Origin: Camelus ferus
Taxonomy: Eukaryota
DNA length: 64,000 nucleotides
Direction: 5' to 3'
Assembly: GCF_009834535.1 (NCBI RefSeq)
Contig: NC_045697.1
Coordinates: forward strand, 35,094,001 to 35,158,000
The notes under the pieces are model-generated. The model made no database searches and was not told the DNA's origin. It saw nothing but the letters and a program-made list of their open reading frames with translations. The position numbers and the translations under genes were made by a program. Each line of letters starts with the position of its first letter. Position 1 is the first letter of the stretch. This document shows positions 43,251 through 54,562 of this stretch, in pieces.

Positions 43251-44599
43251 TAAACAGCAATAGTAACAGTTCTTTTCAGATTATCAGTATTATATGAGAT
43301 TTAATAAAACTATGTACATATGTGATTGTATACATATATACATATATACATATATATACATTTACAATATGTACTTAACACAATACCACACCCATAAGTA
43401 CTTCATTAAATGGTAAGTATTATTTTAAGCAAATAATACAGATTTTAACTGAAATTTAGATGAATGCATAATTGTGCTTTTGGGGTTTGGCTTTTACTAT
43501 TTTTGCAATCCAGGAAAAACATCTGAGCATTAAAAACTCTCTTTATGAATTTTTTTTCACTGTGCAAAAATCCAAGTAAATTATGCAAATTTAGTTTCTT
43601 AACACATCATATCTGATTCACATTTTATTTTATAAAATTGTAGTTAAAATAAGTCATTTTATTTCTTCTATGCCTATGATAAAAACTGAATTCTTTGAAA
43701 TACTAGCTGTCATAAAATAATGTATGCAAAATAAATTCTGAAATTAATATATTTACGAGAGGTAGTATATTGATCATAAATGCATCTGTGACCTTACGTG
43801 GCAGATATGTAACTAGGCAGATCTCGGTACTGAATCTTATTACCTTGTCTTATCAATTTTAGGGAACTAAACCAATCTTTAAAATGATAACATCCTCACT
43901 ACACAGCTGATTTAACAGAATGTTCCTGATTCAGTTTTTAAAAAAATAATGCCTAAAACTGTTGGCACAAAGACAAAATCCTGAATTTAGGCCATATGAA
44001 TGTCACTTCATTGTTGTTACTGAAAGAAATAAGCCCAACTATAATCAAACTTCAGCAGCATGGCATCAGCATTCTGCCAGCTAAGCAGGCCTCAAAATCA
44101 GAGGGCCTCTAACAATACAAAATGTAGTATTTAACATTAAAACAAATCATGGCAAATGCATCTTATAAACAGGAAACTATTATACTTAATGATAAAGAAT
44201 TATAGACTGCTATTAAGTTATGCTCAATGACAAAAATCAGATTTTTCTTTTTCCTTTTTTCTTTGGGAGGATGGGGCAATATTTGAAATATATAATTTAT
44301 TTAATGGAAAAATTATTTTCCATGTTTTTTTTTTCTTTCTAAAGGCTATTAATAGTTTTTCTCATTTTCCCCAAGAAATTCACTAAATAGAATATATTAA
44401 AATGTTAATTTTTTTAATCACTACGGTATTGTATTATGCATTCCTACTTGAGGAATTGTTCCCCTGAGAGACATCACTAGTAAAATAATGATTACAGAAG
44501 AGAGTTTGTATATTTATCCTCCTACCTTCTTTCCTATTAATTATCCAGTCCAACCAAAATTACTTTCTAAGATTTCTCTTTAGTTGCCTACACATTTAC

Positions 44600-45215
44600 C
44601 AGAAGTTAACTAAGCATTCAGTGTAAAAAGAAGAACAAAACCACAATCAATCTATGTCCTCCAGGAGCTTACACTCAAGTAGCAGTGAAAGACATGAACA
44701 GCGTGGTAAGTGTAATGACAGAACAGATGAAGCATTTACTATCTGGCTGACTTAAGAAAGGATCGGTCTTCAAACATGAATAAGAACTCGCAGACCAAGT
44801 GGTAAGGTGCTGGAGTGCATTCTAGGCAAAGGTGGCTGCAAATATGAAGGCACGGCGTGCTCCAGGAAGTGGGTAAATACAGCCAGAGAGGAGACCAATG
44901 AAATGAGGAGGGCTAGAAGACAGAAGGCTTTGTGACATGGGTTGGGTGGGAAGACTGTGGAGGAAGGAGGGGAGAGACTCTAGGAGCAGACATTTAAAAG
45001 GAACCCTTGGCAGCAACATGGAGGATGCAGAGAGAACAAAAAGGAAGCTGGGGCAATAATCCAGGTGATAAAGAAGACAGAGGCCTGAACTAAGGCAGGT
45101 TAAGTGGCTATAGCAACAGAAGGCAGGAGAGACTGAGGACATTTTAGAAGGTAGAATGACAGGTCTTGGTGAATAACTGAAAGGAGTGAGGGAGGGGTGT
45201 TGACTCACCCCTGGT
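44600..45215 (-). mobile_element. LINE-2 fragment
   Basis: tcctccaggagcttacactc...gcaataatccaggtgat...acattttagaaggtagaatgacaggtcttggtga. Confidence 0.65.
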
Positions 45216-47578
45216 TTATGGCTCAGGGAGACCGTGGATGGCTGTACTGCCTACCACTGTGCAGAATGTCCTATCATTCAAAACTAAACTCCAGTAAACT
45301 CCCTTTCTGCTAAGTCTTCTCTGTCCCCTGTGGGTCAGTATGATTCCTCCAACCCTGCACTCCTTGTTCCTGTCGTGCATAACAGGTATTTGGTAAGTCA
45401 TAATGCATATGCAACATCTTCATTTAACTTCCTTTCTGTGAACTTTTCATGTATATGTACTCTCTCTGATTAAACTAGAAGTTCCTTATGATCAAACATC
45501 ACATCTATTTGTTACAGAGCAGTATATGCTCAATAAACACTGACTGATTCAAGTGTTGGTATTATGAAAACATCCCTAGGAAGAGTCAGATAACTACTGT
45601 CCTTTTCTAGCATCTTAAAAATCTTCTAGTCCTCTCTCTCTTTTTAAATACAATAGGGCTAAGGGAAGACCAAAAAAAGACATCCACAGATGCTGATGAA
45701 ATAAAAACATTCTCCCACTTCCCAGAGCTAGGGCAGACATGTTTAGGGCCTTATTGAATAGTTAAGACTTGTCATTTCTTTTCCATATTACCCTACTGCT
45801 TTACAACTGTAAAAACACCTTCAAGAGATTTGTACTATGAATGCCCAAGGGCAATGGGATGCCGACAAACTGAATCACTATATTACTAACAGCTAACAAC
45901 AAAGGCTTTACAAACATCTGTTTTTGGTTCCCTCTTGGATTCAGGGAATATGACTGCATGAGATTTGGCTGTGGCTGGTTACAGGGTTCAGGCAATGACA
46001 TGTAGAACTGCTGAAATGGTCACAAAACAAAATCACCAGCTAGTTCCCAAGTATCTAAGCAAACTAGATTTTTACAGGCCAAACTGCTGTGATATAATCG
46101 AATACACTGTTCCTCTATAAGAACCCATTTATAGCTTCATTCTCACTATAAAACTGTCTTACTATTTTTAAAAAAGTACATGGTGAGGATAGGGAAGAAG
46201 GGAGAGGGAAAGAGAGAGGGGAAAAAATAATTAGAAACCAGAGTCTAGTTTATTTTAGTAAAAATGTATTCTATAGTACCCTTTTAAGTAGTAAAAGTAT
46301 TTAATTTAAATTAGTCAGTAATTGTAATTCTCTCAATATTTTAACTGTGTATATTCACTCAGAAACTTTCCTCATACTAAGATAATTTTCTGCCATCTGG
46401 CACAACAATATCTCCATATGGAAGCATTACTTACAGATCAAAAATAAAAGAAATACAGAGATTGTAAATGCAGTATACTTGGCACAATACAAATCTCCTC
46501 AAATTATATCCTGTAAGGTTTTATCTTAAGAGGTCCCCCCATATCAACACTTGCTCTTTTATATTATTTGATTACAAAACAAGACTACACTAAATATTTT
46601 GGTTAGAGAGTTAACTGGAAAAAAAATAAATTTAGTCTCTCATATTTTATTCATTAGTTCACTCAGACCCCGGCAGCACCGTTGGGAGTAAGAACTACTG
46701 GGTTCTAATTCCAGTTCTTTACCACCATATGACCTTGGAAAAGTCATAGTTTTTCTACACTTCAATTTTCTTGGGGCAAAACACACTTCGTAGCAGAATC
46801 TTTGCTTGCTTACTTCATTAGTCTGGTATCATTTTATTAAGATAATTTTTACAAAAAAAAAAAAAAAAGAAGAAGAAGAAAGAAAGAAAGAAAGAAAAGA
46901 AAAACAGACTTTAGTGATAAATAATTTCCAGAAGTGCTTTGAGATCTTCAGAGAAAAGTGTCATTGGAAATTACTGGAAAGACTGAACAAAATCACTATG
47001 AGAAAAGGAGTTAAAATAAGAGCTCAGTGGCATTAGTTTTATTGACTTACCTGAACTTTGAAATACAAATATACCTCCCAGAATGTTCTTTATCAGAAAT
47101 TTTACTACATATAAAAATTACTCAATGTAACTTCAATTACAGGACTAAGGGAAAGGTACGATCATTGTATTATGTTTAATGCCTTAAGATAGCTGATGTT
47201 GCTTCAAACAAATATTTTGTGCTAACAGAACCATGGAATAGTACTGGTATCTGATAACCCTGCAGACAGAGAACAGAGTCGATTTGTCATCTTGTTCCCC
47301 CATTTTTGACCAGTGGAGAGAAACTTTGCCAGAATAACACAAATTAACAAGAAAAACCAAAGCTGCTCAAAGAACATTTAACTACCAATATTACAATTGC
47401 CCAGAGTGTGCATGTTTAGATTTTCCATCTATCTTGCTGATCATCGTTTGAGAAAATATTCTTTATGTTATTTTCAACAGCTTTAATTCTATTTGGATTG
47501 GTCTAAGGAATTATTAGCATGCAAGGAATGGCAATGATCATACCTCAGCATTTCTCCTGTTAAGGCAAATATACTTAC

Positions 47579-47651
47579 AGCTGCTGCTCCAGGACTTTAA
47601 CAAAGACTTTATGCTAATTTCGAAAAACACAGAATCCTGTAGACTCAACAT
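47579..47651 (-). CDS. FRYL: Alternative first coding exon of FRYL, homologous to FRY exon 1: MLSLQDSVFFEISIKSLLKSWSSS + 1 nt
   Basis: ATG at 47651-47649 in context GGCACAATGT (A at -3). 73 nt open, then donor T|GTAAGT (47578-47573). The phase-1 end fits the 80-nt open segment before the ATG at 27003. Peptide resembles recalled FRY [23 protein letters not shown]. Confidence 0.85.
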
Positions 47652-48480
47652 TGTGCCCCAACTGGCTGCAGCAGCAGCAGCAGTAGCAGCAGTAGCAGCA
47701 GCGGCAGCGGCAGCGGCAGCGGCAGCGGCAGCGGCAGCGGCAGTGGCAGTGGCAACGGATGTGTTGATCTCTCTCTCTCCAAGCCGCTGTCCCTTCTCCT
47801 CTCACAGGCAGCGGAGTTTTGGCCCACAGTGCCTCGGCTTCATTACCATGCAGTCTCGCAGTGACGCACAACTATAGTGGAAACGCTGCTGAATGCAGAT
47901 GAACTATCCAGTCGAATGAAAGCTTACAAGTTCATCGCGAGTGCCCTGAAGGACACCCTCACCTTTCTTTCTGTGGATATACACGTGGCCGCAATGCTCG
48001 TCTCTGTTTATGCCCCTGTTATCAGTTTGGATGAGCTGTGTCTCCAGCTGCTTTCAGGGTAGTCACTACTGCTGGTAAACAGGCAAGGGTAGAGCTCTGC
48101 CCTTGGATACCAACTTTTCTCACTAGCTGAGAGCCTTAGAGATAAAAAATGAATTCAGATCTAACATAAGATCTTTAAGTCTCTTCCTGTAATAGCTGAC
48201 CTTCCTCCTTGCCCCCAAAATCGGTGGTATTTATCTTACTCCAATATCAGTTTTCTCTAAGTGATTTGAGTAGTAAATTCTCTCCACTCCCCTACACATA
48301 CGCAGGCAGCAAGCAGTGACTTTCTCAGCACGCTTTGATGATGCAGAGTCCACTGCCTCACTTAACCCACCGGAGAGAACGCCGGCTATCGGCATGAAAG
48401 GATGATGTAATGAACACCGTGGCTGAGCTGCGATCATCCCTCTAAAACTGCTCAGCTCAGGACAAAGTTTCCTCTCCTGC
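47652..48480 (-). promoter_or_regulatory. Candidate internal promoter / 5' leader region of FRYL
   Basis: Local rise in GC and CpG against a CpG-depleted background, with no recognisable transposon. Lies directly upstream of the FRY-like exon. Contains E-box CACGTG (47982-47987) and CRE-like GTGACGCA (47861-47868). Confidence 0.6.
47664..47754. repeat. Interrupted GCN repeat: (GCA)n with GTA interruptions, then (GCGGCA)x7 and (GTGGCA)x2
   Basis: Directly visible. Confidence 0.95.
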
Positions 48481-51400
48481 AGGCAACTTATTCAAAAGAG
48501 AGAACTCCATTGTAATAATGGGATTATTTTAAAACATAGGGTCTACCATTCTTAATATAGTACATAATCCCCCTGAAAATCTTATAGTTAGAATATCCAT
48601 GAATAGAGGGAAATCCTCTGGTCAAATAAAATGCACATTTTAAAAACTTTATTTTCTACAGAAGCTATTTTAAAATGGAAAACTGACACTATTACAAGGC
48701 TGACTGCTCTTCAAAAGAGTAGAAATATTCCACAATCAAACCTGACAAACAATACTTTGTTAATACTAGAAGAAAAATGTCTTGACCTCACAATTAGTTT
48801 ACTGTGACTCTGAAGGTCAGTGGTGGGGTGGTGGGGGGGCATGTGTTTTTCCATAGGTGGCAATACATTTGTAGTGATTCATCTGTATTATTGTATCCTT
48901 TAAATACCACAAAGAATAAGTAAAATCAGTGATCAAAGCCATAATGGAATAGATTTATTCATAGCTAAATGGCTAGGCATTGTATTAAAAGCTAGGAGAA
49001 TACCCTTCTATGCACAAGTATCATAGACTAAGGGAAAAAATAATCATATTCATTAAGACATATTCAGTGGCAACAGTATTTAATGAGAGTATTTAAATGA
49101 GAGTGTCATTTAAAGCTTGTATTTCTTCAGAGTAGTCCAAGAAATTTAGAATAAGATTGGGTCCATTCCCACTCCTGAACAGGTCCAAAATCTAAATTCA
49201 AACCACAGCTACAAAGGCTAACCACACAGAACTTCAGTACCACAATACTATTGTTTGGGCACACCTTCTTGATCAGTGACATCTCAGGATCAGACAAGAG
49301 CAAGTTTTCCCCTGCTCCAATGGCATAAAACTGCCTCAAGGGGTTGCCTGAATAAAGGATATTCCATGGTCCAAAAACAACGTCTTCTATACCCATTCTT
49401 GTACATCAACAATTTCTGTCAACAAACAAAAGGCTCTTGGTTATACACAAACTGGTTTAATTTTTGTTTTTAATTAAAGTATTCCCCAAAGTGATTTGAC
49501 AATACCATCCTCTTTTCATCAAACAGCTGCTAACAGATTCATGGACTATGCTGATCTAGACCCAAACTACATCAGTAAACGCCAAGACTCAGAACCGAAC
49601 CATGTCAGAAAGCAGACAAGTTAGGAGACACACACACAGATATCTTACCTTATTTTTGCTAAGCCTATTAGTCTCACAGAAATCTTAAAAGCTACTTAAT
49701 ACTATTTGACTATAATATCCCACCAAAGTAATCAGGGTTCATTCTTAGTAAAACTGTATAAACAAGCAAAACTGTCATACAGAATGTCAGAGCAGGGTAA
49801 CTTTTTTAGGGGGTGGGGGTTAAATAGTAGGTGATTTTTTTCACAATCTTTAAAAAAAGGATTTTCTTCTGCTTAAGTTTTGTGTACATGGATCTAAAAC
49901 AATAAATCAGAACCTGAAGTTATATTATATATATATTATATTATATATTATATCTAGTCAATCTGTTACTATGTATATACAGCCAAAGCAAATCAACAGT
50001 TTCTCTGAAACACAGATGCATAAAAATTAATTTCAGGGCTTATTTTGGAAGTTCCACTTTACACTAGGACTTCTTTGTAGACAGAGGGTGAGTGAAAATG
50101 TGCACTTGACATTCACAGGGAGAATAATTCAACAGGCGCATGTGGGCAGACCCTGGGTTCTGAGCTTTATTCTGAAGTGTGAAAAATAAATAAGTAGTGT
50201 TAATTATTCCAACTGTTAATCACAACTTCAGCAAACATTATGGATTAAGTATCTCCTTCCTAATCCTTCCCAAACATTCATTACCCAAATCGCTGAAGTA
50301 TTAACCAGTAGAAATATGTATGCGCTCAACAATCCTTTTAGAAGACTAGGGTAGAGTCCCAATGTATTCCATATGCTTTCTCAATTCCTCAAGTACTAAT
50401 CAAATTTTTAAATTATACAAATAGTAATACTCCTATCATTCTTCAACTGAATTTTCTATCCTCAACCTATCAATCACGGAAACACACACACAGCCAAAAG
50501 CTTATTGCAAGCTTGACAAAAGACCAGTCAAAATGTCAGTCCTCTATTTTATTCTTCCTATAAATTCAGGATTTTCCAAGGTGTATCATACATACATTTT
50601 TTTTTTGTCTCATCACCATAAAAAGATAGACGCAGAAATCATTTCTCGATGGCACATCCTTGGCAAAGCAGAAAAATCTATTTTGGATAATTTCCTTCAA
50701 CAACTCCTCTCTGCCTTTTAGATTATGATATTAAAGAATGCTTTGTAAATGATAAGCTTTAGAACATTTAAAAGATACTCACAATTTCAATATTATCAGC
50801 CTTTGCTGAGGTCCCCTTGGCATGGGCCAGATACTGTAAAGCACTGGGTACAAAAGATGACTGTGCCAGTTCTTTTGTTCCCAAGGAAATTAGAAAGTAG
50901 GTGTCTTTCTTTTAATCAACCATTTGATGCTATGCCCTTTTCACTGGCATTTTAATGATTCATGGAATTGGTTACTTGCTTCACATTTCTAAGCAGAAGG
51001 TAGATAAAGGTACCTCCTAATAAACCAAAAGAACGTGTACTACGAAAAATTCTCAGTAAATCCTACAAAAATATTCCCATTTGGATTTAGAATCCAAACA
51101 AAATGTTCCTCAATAAATAATGAAATTTGGATTTAACTGAAAATATCATACAATTCCACAGAATTTAATGTTCCACCTACCCAAAAGGAAATAGACATCT
51201 TCAATTACCAACATTCTTAGGAAAAGTGCAAACATATGGATTATTTCTTATATTAACACCTTTTAAAATATCTCAGAGATAATTAAACTGGTATACAAAA
51301 CAACCATAGTAGGGAAAGAATAGAAACTTGGCAAGTTATTCTATGTAAAATGTCAAATATCCTATGGCTCCTAGAGCCTTCTAGAGCCCCCACAGATTTC

Positions 51401-51689
51401 AGCCTCATTGAAAAGAGAAAAGACAGCTTTAGCTATGGAAGGAAAGATACTCTAAGGTCTACTAGATAATTAGCATCACACATGAAATGTAAAAAAGAAA
51501 AAACAAAAAAGGCTGTAAAGATCACTTCATATTTTGCTTTGAAACCTCATCAAACAATACAACAAAACATTAACAGTAAATATCTATAATTATATCAGTA
51601 GTTAATATTTACTTTTTAGTGCATTTACTTCTACTTTCGTCTCTCTGTATTTCCCAAATTTTCCACAATGAATCTGTTTAAAAATTTTA

Positions 51690-52830
51690 AAACTTCATTA
51701 ACAAAAAGAAAGCAGAGCTCCTTGGGAGAAATGGCTAATTCTAGGGCTAGAGCCTGGAACATCTTGTAAGGCCAGAAAATAGGAAAGGGCTCAAAACAGG
51801 ATAATGTGGGTATGTCAAAGGGATATGGGAGCCAACTGAAAGAGCTGCCAAGAGACAAAGCTAACACTTTCAGCAACAAAATAAACAACATAGTTTTGGA
51901 ATATACCCCAAAGTATAAAGTAAATATCCAAGAGTCTATACTTAAATAAATAAAGGATGAAATAAATAAAGAAGAAAAGACAAATCTCACATTGTACAGA
52001 AGAGTTAACCTAACAGGCTTGACTGATATTCTCTGAAAGGCCTGCTTACAAAATTGGCCCTTGGCTAGCATCAAAGAACTTAAATTTTAAGATGGGCCCA
52101 CCATTCCCAGAACTGATAAGACTGGCTCATTATGCCTAAATTATTGATACAAACAATATAGTTTATGCTGAACAACTTCTTCCTTCAGGGAGTCTAAAAT
52201 TGGGTATGTGCCATGTAATCAGCTCCAATAAAAGTCCTGGGCAGAGTTTTCCTGATTGGGAAGTCCACCTGTGGTGTTGCAGCTCAATTCTAGGGAATCA
52301 GTTGCCAACTCTACGATGCTACTGGGAGATTCTCTAGAAGCCTGTGCCTGGGTCCCCTGGATTTCAGCCCATGTACCTTTTCATTTTGCTGACTTTGCTT
52401 AGTATCCTTATGGTATAATAAATCATAGCTGTGAGTACAACTATATTCTGTGTTCTGAGTCCTTCCAGCAGGTCATTAAATCTGAGATGGTCTTGGGGAC
52501 CTCTAATGCATGTTCATAAATTCCAAATAATTTATATAGATATGTCACCCTCAAGGAGAATTACTCCCCAACCCTTAAAAGTGTGGGCTATACTTAGTGA
52601 CTTCCTTCCAAAGGGTTCAATCATCAGTGATAAAGTCAAGAGTACACATTCTTGATATGATATGATGGAGATGGCACTTTACCTCATGTTCTTCCCCCCC
52701 AAAACCCATAATCCTAGTCTAACCATGAAAAAACATCAAATAAACCTGAATTGAACAGTCTACAAAACACCTAACTAATACTCTTCAACATTATCAATGT
52801 CATCAAAAACAAAGAAAAGCTGAGAAACCC
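51690..52830 (+). mobile_element. Old L1 3' UTR (L1MC/MD-like) interrupted by an LTR
   Basis: ttgggagaaatggctaattctagggct...gggagccaactgaaagagct; resumes after 52510 (aaaacccataatcctagtctaaccatga). Confidence 0.6.
51993..52510 (+). mobile_element. Solo LTR (MER68-like, ERVL)
   Basis: Starts tgtacagaagagttaacctaacaggc...gaaaggcctgctt...ttggcccttggct; ends gtgagtacaactatatt...tggtcttggggacc. Confidence 0.7.
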
Positions 52831-54562
52831 AGGGCATTCTGTAGATACTCCAGAAGGGTCATGGCCTTACTAATGGGGCTAATGGATACTTTAAACCCTC
52901 CTTAACATAGCTTCAACAGATCCAAAACAAGCCTAAAAGTATTGAGCTATCTGCAAGTAACTGCCTTCCAGACAAAGAACAATACTCTTTAAAAGAATGT
53001 TACAAAACCCAGCTCTCAACAATGTCACATTTACAATGTCCAAATTATCTGTCAAGAAGTAGAAAATTATGTGTCAAGAGATAAAAAAAAAAATGAGGCC
53101 CATAAAATCAGTCAATAGAAATGATAAAGTTTGCATATGGACTTTTTAAAAAGCCATAACAAACAGCTTAAAGACTTAAAGGAAAAATAAACACAATGAG
53201 AAAATAGAAGATCTAAAAATAGACTCAAAGAGGACTTTGAGAGATAAAATGTGCAATATCTAAAACAATAAATTGAATGGGTGAGACCAAGAGAAAATTA
53301 GATTCTATGTAAGAAAAGATCAGTAAACTTGGAGAAATGGAAATAACTCTCCAAGGTGAAGCCCAGATAACAAAATAAGAGAGAAAAAAAAAAAAAAAGA
53401 ACAAAGCCTCAGTGACTTTTGGAACAACATCAAATAGTCTAACATATGTGTAGTTGGAATTTCAGAGGAGTAAAGAGGAAACACTATTTGAAGAAATAAT
53501 GATAAAACACTTTCTAAAATTGATGAAGACTATAAACTTTCAAATCCAAAACTCTCATCAAACTTCAAGCAAGAATAAATACACATACCAAAAACACACG
53601 CCAAGGTACACAATAAGCAAACTGCTGAAAACCAATGAAAAAGAAAATCTTTAAAGCAGTTGAAGAAAATGATAAATTACATACAGAGGAACAAAGATAA
53701 AAATGAACACAAATGTTTAATCTGAAAGTATACAAAGCAGAAGTTGGAATGATATAACCGAAAAGTTGAAAGCATAAAACTAATGACCTACAATTCTATA
53801 TTCAGTGAAAATATCTTGCAAAGATCAAGCAAAAACTTTTCTAAGACAGACAAGAACTGAAAGAATTTGTCACCAACAGATCTGCAAACAAAAAAATGTT
53901 AAAGTTCTTTAGGCAGAAATAAAATTATAGAGGATGAAACCTGCATCCAAACAATATTGTTGAAAACAAATGATGAAAAGTGTTAAAAATGGTACATTTA
54001 CAGATAAGGAGATAACTTTTTATTTCTCCTTTAAAAAATTTTTTTAATTAATGTTTTTAAATGGAGGTACTGAGGATTGAACCCAGAACCTTGTACATGC
54101 TAAGCATGTGCTCCACCACTGAGCTATTCTCTTCTCCCCTTAAATTTCTTTATGTTAATTGACTGCTTAAAGCAAAAGTGGTTAACAACATACTATCAGG
54201 TTTATAATATATATAGAAATAAAATATTTGACTACAACAGCCCAAAGGATGGAGGGGAGAAAAAGAAGTATAAGTTTCAAGTCTTACATTCTACATAAAA
54301 TGTTATGCTATTATTTGAAAGTAGACTGTATGTTGAAATTCCTTTTGTAAGCCTCACAGCAACTAATTTTTTTAAAAAAGAGAGATAATAACCCAACAGT
54401 AGAATAAATTAGAATACTAAAAAATATACAGTTAATCCAGAAGAAGGCAAGGGAGGAGAGGAAAAAAGAAAACATAACAGATGGGACAAATAGGAAACAA
54501 AAGCAAAACAGATTTAAACCCAACCCTGTCACTAATTACATTAAATATAAATGATCTAAACA
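52830..54562 (+). mobile_element. Old L1 5'/ORF1 region remnant
   Basis: ORF 53454..53654 (LFEEIMIKHFLKLMK...HTPRYTISKLLKT) resembles L1 ORF1p. Ends at an ORF2-start-like taattacattaaatataaatgatctaaacact. Confidence 0.75.
54035..54139 (-). mobile_element. tRNA-Ala-derived SINE (Vic-1 type) nested in L1
   Basis: Reverse complement: ggggagaagagaatagctcagtggtggagcacatgcttagcatgtacaaggttctgggttcaatcctcagtacctcc. Confidence 0.85.

Noticed and set aside
44822..45208. 128-aa Ser/Pro/Leu-rich ORF
   Set aside because: It lies within a LINE-2 remnant; the composition is typical of the pyrimidine-rich L2 strand.
47538..47578. Second donor GAG|GTATGA 35 nt past the FRY-like exon donor
   Set aside because: It would put the downstream exon out of frame. 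The proximal GTAAGT fits both phase and homology.
47611..47877. Plus-strand poly-Ala ORF (88 aa) and minus-strand poly-(CR) and poly-(LP) ORFs
   Set aside because: These are stop-free shadows of the GCN repeat. The meaningful frame is the third minus-strand frame, which contains the FRY-like exon.
51631..52074. Longest ORF in the track (147 aa, hydrophobic)
   Set aside because: It is the antisense reading of A-rich L1 3' UTR and LTR sequence, with no splice or homology support.
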